Below the pieces are notes generated by a model that saw only the letters and a program-made list of their open reading frames with translations, ran no database searches and was not told where the DNA came from. From positions 21,948,001-22,012,000 of the forward strand of contig CP158635.1 in the NCBI GenBank assembly GCA_050273025.1: a DNA stretch of 64,000 nt. The letters are read 5' to 3'. Source of the stretch: Cenococcum geophilum. Its lineage: Eukaryota. A program made the position numbers and the translations under genes. This document shows, in pieces, positions 46,801 through 59,190 of this stretch (the stretch's first letter is position 1; the number at the start of each line of letters is the position of its first letter).

Positions 46801-48532
46801 TTTATTTCTAGCAGATCTGGAGATACCGTTCTGCTAGGAGTTAGTAACTACTTAGTATTCTTTGTAGGAGGCTCTGCCGAATCGTTTGATTTAGGTATAG
46901 TCGTTTAATCTACATTTAAGGTAGGTCTATATAGGATAGATTTATTCTTAGATTTATTGTTAATAGGCTCTAGTAGACTAATCGCCTAGATAGTGTCGTT
47001 TAATGCTTTCCTTAGTAGGTAGTTAATGTTTTAACCCTTAGGGTTATAGAACAAGGTTTTGTTAAATATGACATCTCTAGTTTAAATAACTTTGTGGAGA
47101 CTTGGAATCTAGATACGGTAGATATTAGTTAAATTGTAGCCAACTAGATGTCTAATTACTATATAAGGAGCTAGTTTATCTCCCCTTTTGATTTGTTTGT
47201 CGAGCGTATAGGTTTTACAGCCATATATATATATATAGGTAAGTGATAGCGGCTTGCCGTAGGCAATCTCGTATGGAGTTTTCTACCCTAGCTGCTTATT
47301 TGGGGTTTAATTAAGTGCGTAGCTAGCAGTAAGGAAAGCTTCTAGTCCTAGAGATGGGGGTAAGGACGCTTCTAGCTATATAGCCCTTAATCGTTCTATA
47401 AGGGTTCGTCTAGATTATTCTACTCTACTATTTTGTTCTTTAGTATATAGTGTTCGATATTTAAAAGTAATGCCTTTGTCTACGCACTATGCCTATAGAG
47501 TGTCTCCTATCTGTTTAAAAGCTTATTTATTATCGCTTTAAAAGAAGATAACGTCTTAGTGGAATTATAATTTAATTAATTAATATGTCTTATGAATGGT
47601 AGGTAGGATAGTAGCTTTATCCTTATTCTTGGCGGTAAATATAAAATTAAATTTAGAATACGTGTAATAGAAGTACATTATATATCTATCGCCGTTGTAC
47701 CCTAGTTCTCTAAGGGTAATAATATTAAATACTAGCCGCTCGAATGGTTAAGTAGCTAGAAATTTATATTCTTGTCTTTAAGAGATCTGCTACGTGTACT
47801 TTGCTAAAGAGCAAACTTTATATTCGATTTTAAGCGGTGCTTATTTATCGATTAGCTCTTTAAGCTCTGTGAGCTTTATAAGCTCTGCGCCATTAACGTG
47901 CTTAGGAAGCTGCTTAATAGCGTTAGGTCCTACATGGCCAAGTATTTTATACCATTTTATAGCTGTGGCTCTGACTAGTTTACGGGCCATTCTGCTTAGT
48001 TAATATCTTCTTGTTAAGAAGGTCGATTAAGTTATCAAATCTAGGGTATCCGTAGGCGTAGGATCTCTGTGTATTAACGCTTAGTGGCCCCCTAGTCGTT
48101 TCGCATAGCATACTATTTCGCCAATTACTAGATGGTATAGCAAGTTTCATCCTAAGTTAAAATGGATGTCATTATTAGTAGCTCTTAAGAGTGCTATAAT
48201 ATTTATAAATATAGTAGGTACTAATGCTATATAGGATAGCTTTATCTTTAAGCCCCTAGTAGGTGTATTAATAGTAATGGTTACTATTCCGTAAGCTTAA
48301 ATCTTTTTAAAATTTCCGCTAGTAATTAGGTAGTCGTCTTCTATAGCTAGGTAGGAAAAGGTAAAGTCTTCTTAGTTGTTATAGACGTGGGTATCTGTAC
48401 TAAGGTTAAGTATCTAGGTATTCTAGAGTTTAAATAGAGTTTGACTAGTATTAAACACGGCAGCATAGCTAGTTGGGGTTTTAGAAGGTAGGGTTTTAGA
48501 ATTAAAATCAATTATAGATTCTATATTCTTTT

Positions 48533-51500
48533 TATTGGACTCACAAGGGGATATCACGTAGCTACGGTTCGTAGATAGTATAATGGTTGTTCTTCTTTTT
48601 CTTCTTGAAGAAAGGGGTAAGGAACTTAAGGTTCCTCACCACGTTAGTGCCGCGGCGGCACATGATGGCAACTTGCCGCACGTAACGGCAACTTGCTACA
48701 CATAACGGCAATATGCCTCATATAGTGGCCATTTGCCTTTATTCCCAACACTAGCAACTCTTCTTTTATAGTTGCCATCTATATATATATACCGCTTAAC
48801 TAGCGGAACAAAAATCAATCCTCCTTACTTACTATTACCATTATAATATAAGTCTCGCTGTCCCAAAATTTGCCTCTTAACACGTGGTGCTTTCTTACTT
48901 ATAAGTTATAGGTAAGTATCTTATTAGTAGGGCCGCCAAGGCGCTAGCGGTAAGTAAGCCAATAGCAATTTTCCATCCCGGGGATGGAAAATCCTGATTA
49001 GCTAGTTTAAGTCAGGGTCTGCAGAATCTAACTAATTAGACAACTTTAACCGCCGGTTAAAGTTCCTGGACATCTTAAGACCTTACGTAACTAAGAAATT
49101 TCTAGGGACTCCCTTTTAACCCAACCTTTAACTCGTATATATAGAGTATTTATATTAATAAACGTCTCTAGTGCCTTGTTTAGGTTCGCCTTTATTATTA
49201 TATCTACTAGGTTATCTTAGCCATTAATTTATTAAATCTTAAAGAGTTTTTAACGCTTGTAGGATTGCTAAAGTGCCATAATATTGATTATAAGGCGCTT
49301 TTCCTTTGTGGTACCGAGCTTAACTAAACACTTATAGAGGGAAAATAAATCAGTGCATATAATTATAGGGATAATGGGAAGTTCGAGTCAATCTATAATT
49401 ATCTTTAGGGTAGTTCCAATTACAATTACCATATTAACTCCGCTAACTATTCTATATATCTCTAATGCTAAAACACTTTAGGTAATACGCTTGCTCTTAG
49501 TTAAGCTCTAATAGATAAGATTGCCATAGATTATAAAGTCATTCTCTCTAGTAAATTCGTTCGCGATAATAATCTTATATTCTAACTAGGAGCTAAAATC
49601 TTTATTATTTACGAACGATCTATTAATAAATATAAAGAGCTTAGCGGTAGGAAGATTAATAAGTACATAGAGTAGTCCCTAATTAAGATAGTTCATTTAC
49701 TAGAAAAGACGTTTATTTAGGGCAAGAACGTCATCCTAAGTTAGTTCCTAGTGTTAGGTGGCAACAGAGAGATTAAATAAAGCCTTAGGTTAATAGATAG
49801 AAGCAATATAAGCTTCGTAAGCGCGTTGCTCCATATATCCTTACTTTAGGGAATTAATATTAATAACGTTAATCTTCTTACCTTAACCCTTCTAGCGTAA
49901 AGCAATGTAATCCTTATTTAGGGAGAGGATGCATCCATTAAAGAGTAATAGTATTATTAAGTCAAGCTTTTCCTTTAGCTTTGCTATAAGATTTACCTTT
50001 ACTAGCTTATCCTCTTTAAGAGCTAAGAATTAGTCGTCTCCTAAGATAATTGTATTATTAGTTTGTATACTAATGATTCTAAATAGGGTTCCCGTAGTTA
50101 TAATAAGGAAGCAGGGATTAAATATAGAAGTAGTTATCAAAAGCTTCTCTTTATAGTGCTTGCTGTAAGTAGCCCACCAGTAAGTTCCTACCTCTACAAT
50201 TCTATATAATAGCTTAAGCATAACCATAATCGTGTCTTTAGGATACTAGTGGTGAATTTACTCCGGAAGGTATGCCAATATCAAGCGCTAAAGGTACGTC
50301 TCTAATTAGGTGTAGGCTTAAGTAATATCTTACAAATAAACTGCTATTTTATTCTTTATTAAGGAGGGAGCTAATATAACAATGACTCGCTAACTAGCTC
50401 GTTAAATCGTGGGAGATTATATAAGAATTATCTCTTTACTATTATCGTTATAACCTTAAATGACAAGCCTTGATTTCTCGAATGGGGCGTTAGTAGCTTT
50501 GCCCTTAATCTCGTTGACTATTCTTAACTTAAAAATGCAAACTCTATTAAACTTAGTAGGGTTATATTTCTTAAATTTAAAGACTCCTCTTGTAATAAGA
50601 CCGTTGATCTCCTACTTATCGGATGCTTAGAAAGGAGCTCCTAGGGTTATAATACGACCTTCCTTTCGGAGCTATTTTGTGAGCTTAAAGTTAGCCTTTT
50701 CTTTAGCTGTTATAAAGGCCATTAATAACTTGACTCTACTCTCTATAGCAGTAACAAATTGCTCTTTAAAATCAATAAGATATTAGCAATTTCGTGATCC
50801 CTTCGGGCGACCTCTACCGCGTCATAGTTACGGCACGTCTACTATAATTATATTAGGATCATAGTCGCCTTCTAGGGCACGTTGATCGTGATTTTCCTTT
50901 AGGGCATCTTCTAGGGTATCTTCTAGGGTATCCTGTAAAGGCTTAGAACTATCATCTTTATAGTAGGGCCTAATAACGGTTAAACGGAATTAAGTAGGTC
51001 TATAGGGCATCTAAAGAGTGCAAGTTTGACTATTAATTATAATGAGTTTATGTGGGCCTAACTATCCTCCCTTTTTACGCTATACTCGTACTTCAGATTA
51101 AAGTGGCAGATTGAGCGTAGTTAAAGTATTTAGGCCATTTTTTATTCCTAATACGTTATTAACCTGGTGTGTAGCGTATAGACGTTATACCTCCTTTGTT
51201 ACTTTATAAATAGCCTCAGCTCGTTATATAATAGAGGGAGATAGTAAAGAATTATTAGTTATTTAAGGGTAGGCGCTAAAGACTAGTAATATAAGTACGA
51301 GTCTATCCGGGCCAGCGGAATTGTTAATAGCTTTAACAGCTATTTGTAAGGTAAGTTCTTTACTAGCGTCCTTTAGTTCTAAAGAGATAATCTTATATGC
51401 GCGGCGTAATAGCGTATAATATCGCTCTACTTTTTTAATACTATTATATGCCTTAATAGGGACTTCCTTAACCTTAATTGCTATTGCCTTTATTTATTGT

Positions 51501-54500
51501 TAGAACTCTATAAATAAGAAGTTCTTTCCTATATTATAGACGATTTAATTAGGGGGTCCTAGGTAGACATTAATCCAGCACAACTAAAGGGTATCCTATA
51601 CGTTCCTAGCTAATATATCCTTTAAGAATTATACGGCTTAGAAGGAGGTTAAGAAGTTAACAACTTAGAGTACTAGCTTACCGCTAAGGTATATAACATT
51701 AACAATAATACAGAAGTTAAAGTTATAGTTATCTTTAAGGGTAAACTTAAATCGGCTAGGGGACCTCTAGTTTATTTAGTAGTAGTAGCAGTATTTTATA
51801 AGATGCTTAATTGCCTTAACCTTAACTTTATAGCCTACTTGCTAAAGAACCCTAAGTAATTAGTAAACTAATAGGTAACTAAAATAACGGTATAGTTAGC
51901 GTAACTCTAACTTAGTTAAATAGCTCTAAGCAACACTCTTTTTTAGTTATTAAAGAAGTAGCTAAGGGTAACCCTACTTACATATAATAGGCACCCGATT
52001 ATCTCCCTACACAAGTATATTCTTAAGGTTATTAAGCTTAACGCCTAGTTTATCTATATCTCTAATACAAAATAGAAATGGGGTATTTGTGGGAATAATA
52101 TAAAAAATAATATACCCTAAGAGGGTTTAAACCCTAATTATGCCGAGAGAGATTATAGTACCTTTACCAAAATAAATTGTGTATTAGCTTGCCGTTAAAT
52201 GGTTAATCTAAATAGAGCTATTAAGCTGCTAAAGGGCTTAAACTTAAGGTTCTCCTACTATAGATACTCCTGCGGCTCTAGTATCCGGCATAATACCATA
52301 GAAGACGTTTATTAAGTATCTATCATCAAAGGAAAACGCGGAGCTCTCCTTTAGCTTATTAAAGATATTTAACTTTATAATAAAATAGAGCGTAGATTGG
52401 TTATTAAGAATAGTGACAGTTTATATACTATTTACCTTACTATACTTAGTAAAGTATTAGTTAGGTAAGTAGTCCTTAATTTCTATATCTATAAGGAGCT
52501 GTTTAGTTTTATTAACCTTACCCTTAAGGTCTTCTACGCCTTTATATTAAACTAGGAAGCTTTAAAAGTAGGCCGTAGTAACCTTATAATTTCTAACGTT
52601 TCTTATACTTTAACGGAACTTATTATATGCCTCTTTTCGCTTATTAAGGGAGTATCTAGTTAACTAGTAATTTGGCTTCTTATAAACGTAGCACTTCTTC
52701 TAGCAATTACTTTAAAATGAACCTCCATAAGGACCTCCATAATTACCTCATAGTTGACGTTAATTATACCCTATACTGTATTCCCTACCACGGCCGCCAT
52801 ATATTTAATTAGTCTAGTTATAATCATATTAGTTAAGAACGCTTAGTTAGGTAGGGCTTTTGGTATAGAGCTGTTAAGATTCTTATATTCGCATTATAGT
52901 ACCTATAGCGGAGCGTAGCTCGGCACATACTCCTTTAAATATATCTACAGGTTTATATAGCGCTAAGTTACACTTAGGAACGCTATGGCATGCTAAGATA
53001 ACCTAGTCCCTTAGACTGTTCTTATTTTAGTAGGTTTCAGTAAAACTATATTAGATTTTCTAGAGTTTATTAAAGAGTAGTTAAAGATACTCTAGGTAAG
53101 TTATTATTGGGTTAGAAGCGATAACTCTCTAGAATATAGTCTCCCGCCATTTAGATATATAGAGTTAGCGGTTCTTATTAGTTTTAAAGTAGGCTCTAGT
53201 AAGCTAAAGCATTATATTAAAGCTATAGTTTTTACCTATAATATAGTTATAATAGAACATTACCGCCCGTCCCTTTAATATAATAGAGAAAGTATAATGG
53301 AACTAGTGGCGTTAAATTCTGACCTTATTACAGCAGTTATAAAAGACCTATAGTTTTACTCCGAGTATGTTATACAATTCTTCTCTAAACTTTTTCTCTT
53401 CGTCTAAATATACCTTTATTAGATTCGTGACTTCTTAAGATAGAGGCTTATTGGTTGGCTGGGATAAAGGAGTTAGAGGTAGTAGAGGTAGAGAAAGAGC
53501 ACCTTTAGGTAGGAAAGTACCTCTAGGTAGGAGAGTAGCGTTCTAGGGGTTTTGTTCTAAATTAAAGTTACCTTCTAAAGAATATAGGTTGGTTTTAGGT
53601 TTCTATAGTTAAAGTGTAATCTTAGCTTCCGTTTATACTAGTTCTTCTATACTAGTAAGAATGGCGTAAATATTACTGGTAATTGGGTTACCGTCCTTAG
53701 TAATATACACTCTATTCCTTTAGAGGGAGTCTCAAAAATCCTAAATAATATTAATATTGCTAAGTACCTAGGTGTCAGCGGTCTATCCTATAAAATCCTC
53801 CCTAAAGTATTCCCATAACTATAAATCGGCATAATAGCTATCTCGGTAGAATAGAATATAGTATAAAAAAAAGCCGTTAACTTGTTTTACGGTATAGGTT
53901 ATTATATTAAAGGTAAATGCGTCCTAATTTTTATTAATAAGTTTCGCGTATATAGCTACCCCTAGTAGTAAGGAGTCTCTCTAGTTATTTAGAGTGGCCA
54001 TAGTTATATCTTCGGAGGAAGGGAATATTGGTAGTATAGGGATTGTTGTTTAGTACGCATTCGTAACGTATATTTATAATTATAGGGCTTAGGACTAGTT
54101 CTGGCCTTAAATCGCAAAGACTTATAAAGCGTATTATTCTGCGTAATGGACGCAAGAATCCGTAATCTTAAAAAGGCTTAGGACCAGTTCTGGCCTTTAG
54201 ATCCTTAGATTTATAAAAGAGTTCTATTTAAGGTTTAGGACCAGTTTTAATCTTAAAAGACAGCTTCCTTTAGCACGAGTAGCACTAGTATAGTGGCTTG
54301 TCTCTTCTTAGTGGAATACCTAGCTGCTCTGTGGTATAACAGTGAAGTTAACCACTGATTAGTGTTGGACTCACAAGGGGATATCACGTAGCTACGGTTC
54401 GTAGATAGTATAATGGTTGTTCTTCTTTTTCTTCTTAAAGAAAGGGGTGAGGAACTTAAGGTTCCTCACCACGTTAGTGCCGCGGCGGCACATGATGGCA

Positions 54501-54580
54501 ACTTGCCGCACGTAACGGCAACTTGCCACACGTGACGGCAATATGCCTCATATGGTGACCATTTGCCTTTATTCCCAACA
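48533..54580 (-). mobile_element. Full-length GalEa-like Ty1/Copia 'Copia-F' (6048 bp), RIP-degraded
   Basis: 218 bp LTRs at 48533-48750 and 54363-54580. Perfect TSD CTTTT. CTAATCAGT immediately after the 5' LTR. RT QTDDT-type motif (~50060). pol colinear with copy 1. Confidence 0.95.
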
Positions 54581-57500
54581 CTTTTGATCGTTCTTCTATT
54601 TTCTTATTTAAATGAGATTAATAATGCGTTTAATCCAAGGTATAGATGAGATCTTTTCTTCTACTTCCTTCTAGACGTCTAGGTTTGGCTTTTATCCCTA
54701 AGGGTGCTTCTGCTTAGTAATGTAGTAGTAGTTGCCGAATTGATGCTTAAGGCCGTATACGCATATCTTATTCCATTTAGAATTGAAATTACCATTAGAA
54801 TTTACATCTAAATTAGTATTTGAGTTGCCTTATAGGGTTGCAAATGTAGAGCTATTAGTAGTGGTAGTAGAGGATGTTACTTACTACATATAGTAGTGCT
54901 CCTTAAATTCCTTAATAAGATCAATAATAGATAGTGCGGCTTTATCCTTATATTTCTTATAAATAAGGTCTACTTCTAGAGCTCCTACGAAGCTAGAAGA
55001 GATAGGCTTAATTGCTTAAATATTACGTGTCTATACATTGCTTAGCCGAAAACCCTGCAACTTAGGTATTCAACCAGATGTTCAACACGGTCAATAACAT
55101 CATCGCTTACAACTGCACTTAATAGGTTGTTCTTTTCATCATAGATTGCTTGCGATTAGTGTTCTTAGTGGCCTACATTAAGGCCCATGACCGACTTTCC
55201 AGCCAATAGCACCCGCTTAAAAACTCCTCGCTCGACCGCCCTATTATCTACCTCCTTATCTACTACCATCCCATCTACCGAATATACTATAGTTTCATCT
55301 TTAGAAGAAGAAAGAGCTAGGAAACAAGATAAGAGGGCCCAACAACTCTATAACCTAGAGATTTAAAAAAGGGAGTAGAAGGAATAGGCACAGATTTAAA
55401 AGACGGAATAGGAAGAGGAGTTTCACTAGGCAAGGCTAGCCGCTCTAAAGCAGCCTACTCTACTAGAGCACCCCTCTACCGCTAAGGCGGATAAACTAAG
55501 TAAGTCCTATAACCTACCGGAAGGCTTAGGCACGCTTAAGCTTAACCTCCCTAGCCTAGCCAGAAGAGACCTTTATAATATATAGAAAGGATCCTTCCGC
55601 CTAGAGAATCTAGCACGTCTATAGGTACACTCTGGCCGCCTAAACCTCTCTAATATGGCTACTATTAAAAATAGAAAGCTTGTTTTAAAGAGACCTACTA
55701 CTAGCTATAAGGTTTACAAGAATAAGGAGGTCTAGTTTACTAGGTTTATAAACTACATAGTAATTATAAGCACTCTCTATATATGCCCAACTAACCTCCA
55801 TATAAGGATGTTGCTCTAGATAAATAAGATCCGCGACTATTCCGCGACTTATAACTGGACCTCTATCCTAGACCTCGCACTTAACTACTATAGGTATATT
55901 ATAGATTGTAATTAGCTTAAGCCTAGTAACTAGGACATACCTATTTAGTTTAAGGCCCTATACTGCCGGGCGGCTAATATAAAGGCATAGAGCCAAGGGC
56001 TTAAAGTCCGTGGTATAGCATTAAAGAGATCGCGAAAGAATACCTCCCCTTCCCCTACCTCTAATAAGCCCTGTTATAGCTAGAATAACTAATAGGCTTA
56101 TAGAGAAGATCCGTGTTATTACCGCTATATATACTCTAAATGCAATAAAGACTACCCATTAAAGTTATGCCCTAGGTAGCTTACCGCCGTAAGTAGTTAA
56201 ACCCAAGATTTAATAGTAGATGAAGACATCTTCCTAGGTTTAACTATCTAGTTGGACCTACTATAGGCGCTAAGGCTCCAAGGCAGGCCTAATTTAGTAC
56301 CTCTTTTTAAAACTTACTTATAAATAACCTTTCTGGCCGACTTACTATCACCCCTAAGGCCTCTTACTTAAAGCACGCTCCTTTGTAGGTACCTTAGAAA
56401 TCTTCTAGCAATTTTATAAGGTATCCTTACCTACGGGACGGAGATAGGTCCCTTGTTACCTATGCTATCTAGTATCTATAAAAACCACCTCTCCTTACGT
56501 GATAACGAAGATCTTATTTCTAAAAAGATTATTACTAACCTAGCCCTAGGCTATATATAGACTACTAACTCTGCAGTTACCTTACCTCTAGGCCTAGTAC
56601 CTAAGGTAGACGGCGGCTTTCGCTATATCCACAACCTCTCTTTACCTAAGGGCTCCTTAGTTAATAACTTAATCAACCTAGCTTAGGTAATACTACACTA
56701 TACCTAGGTAGAGACTATACTAGCATATATAATTATAGCCAGTAGGGGCTGCTACCTGGTTAAATAAGACATTAAAGATGCCTTCCAGATTATACCCGTC
56801 TTAATACAGTCGTGTCACCTACTTAGCTTTATCTAGAAGGGAGTTACTTATATTAAATGCTGTCTACCATTTGGCTTATAAATAGCCCCATTCCTCTTTA
56901 ACCTATTTACTAAAGGTCTTTACTAGATCCTAGTATAATAAATTAACTCTACTATTAAGCACTACCTTAACAACTTTATATTTATAGTTAAGTGCCTAAC
57001 TATACTGCTATTACTAAGGGAGGTATACCTCTTGGTTACTAACTAGCTAGGGGTACCCTAAAATAATACTAAAAATATTAAAGGTACGGAGGCTAAAGTT
57101 CTGGGTTACACTATTAACACTATAGCGATAGAGTTAAGACTCTTACCAGTTAAGTAATAGAAAGCTATTAATTAGGTAACTAAAGCCCTTTAAAAGGGCT
57201 AGCTATTATTACAGCAAGCCTAATAACTAGCGGGCCGCCTAGTATAGTGTATAAGAGTTATCTGCCTTAGGCGCTCGTACTCTCACTCCTTATAGGACTT
57301 TATAATAAAATAGCCTACTAGGTTATCAAGATATACGCCCTAGCGCCTCCCCCTAGAGCTTAAAGAAGACCTTAACCTCTAGCTTAAGGTTCTTATATTA
57401 AGTAATAGTATACTATTCTTTAATAATAAGGAGAGGCCGTAGTTTCACTTATTTACTAATGCCTTATCGCTTAAAGGCTATAGAGGCTTCTACTTTAGTA

Positions 57501-58059
57501 AAGAGAATAGCTATTGGCCTAATTACGTGTCTTCCCTACCCTAGGCCCAGGCCTTTAGCTATCACCCCCTACTAGACTAGGTAGATAACTATATTAACCT
57601 AAAAGAGATATATACTATTGTAGAGGTATTTAGAAGGTAGTTATCGGTCTAGCGGTATAGGTCTCTTTATATCCATATAGATAATATAGTTGCCTACAGC
57701 GGCATCTAGAATAATATTATAAAAGGTCCTAGAAACCGATCACTCTAAGAGATATTTATATCCTCAATAACAAATAATATTACTATAACGACTATATGGG
57801 TCTCCAGCGCCAATAATGGGCTTACTAATACTCTCTTGTAATTTAACCGCAAGAAATTATTATTACTGTGCCCTAAGTGGCAAATAAATAACGGCTTCTT
57901 ACCAAATAAATAATAGCTTCTTACTAGATAAACAAAGGCTTCCTACTAAAAAAATAATATCTCTCCTTTGAGTGGCTACTAACTCTTACAGTTAACTTAG
58001 AGTTGTTTAATTAACCTCCCCTAACCTTTTAGAGCGAGACTAGTAGGTTTTATTACTTT

Positions 58060-59020
58060 TTATTACTTATATGGCATGGCTTAGCAGCCAATATAAGGAA
58101 GGGCTACTCCTTCGCTACTAAGAGCTAGGAGGCCTTCTTAGCCCTAAATAGTTTATTACCGTATCCGGCTAAAAGGATGAACTTAGGGAAATAGATCGCT
58201 TAACAAGCGTTTAATACAGCCGCCCCTCTAATAGGCAGGGTTAAGCCAGAAACCCTCTCTAACTATATCTCTATAATCTAATCTCGTTATATAGATCTAG
58301 GTTACTTAATTGCCGCCTTTAAAGACTATATTATTAAGAGGGCCCTAGCGGGGGCTATATCACTATTCCTATCTACTAAAAAAACTAAACTACTAATTAT
58401 AAAGGATATTCTAGACAAGATTATTACCTTTAGGCTATATAAGGCTAATGCAAACATAGATGCGGCATTTACGATAGCGTTTATAGGTTTCCTATATATA
58501 GGAGAGATTACGTACCCAAATAGGAAAGCTAAGGACTTTAGCACTATAAGGGCCCTTTATAGCGACGTTAGGATCGCCCCTAATGGCTATTTAATAGTCT
58601 TCCACCTTAAATAGAGTAAGACAGACAAAACCTATAGAGGCGTTAATATTTAGATCGCCGCTATACCGGGAGATTATCTATACCCCATAGCCGTAATGAT
58701 ACGGTTATTCAACCGTAACCCCCGGCCTCTATTAGATCTATTATTTAGCGTTAATAATACAGTATTTTCGGCGCTAGTAGTGCGTAAGATTCTATTAACC
58801 TACTTAGCTGGCGGCGGCATTCTGCCTAACGGTTACTTTAACTACTTCTTCTATAGGGGTGCAGTATAGCATATATATAATTGTGGCTTCGCAAAGTTAT
58901 AAACGGCGCAGTTAGGTCGATGGACATTAGATATAGTTAAACTTTACTATAACACCTTAGAAACTGAACGACTTTAATTAAACTTAAATTTCCAGCGGAG
59001 TGTGCCTATACTGGCTATAT
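58060..59020 (+). pseudogene. Tyrosine recombinase of the Ngaro element, RIP-inactivated; ends approximate
   Basis: After reversing RIP: AF.GFLR.GE (~58480), RSKTD (~58615), H.F.RGA (~58845), LGRWT.D.VKLY (~58920). Confidence 0.85.
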
Positions 59021-59090
59021 AACGGTGCTGGAGGCGCGTCACCTGCCACGTTCTGCTATATCTGCAATATCTATAATTATTATTGGATTC

Positions 59091-59190
59091 TTAAGGTTCT
59101 GTGTATATATCTACCTTAAGGTTCTGTATATATGTCTACCTTAAGGTTCTATATATATGTCTACCTTAAGGTTCTGTGTACACGTCTACC
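59091..59190. repeat. Four tandem 25 bp repeats (ttaaggttctgtgtatatatctacc) in the Ngaro 3' region
   Basis: Directly visible. Confidence 0.9.
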
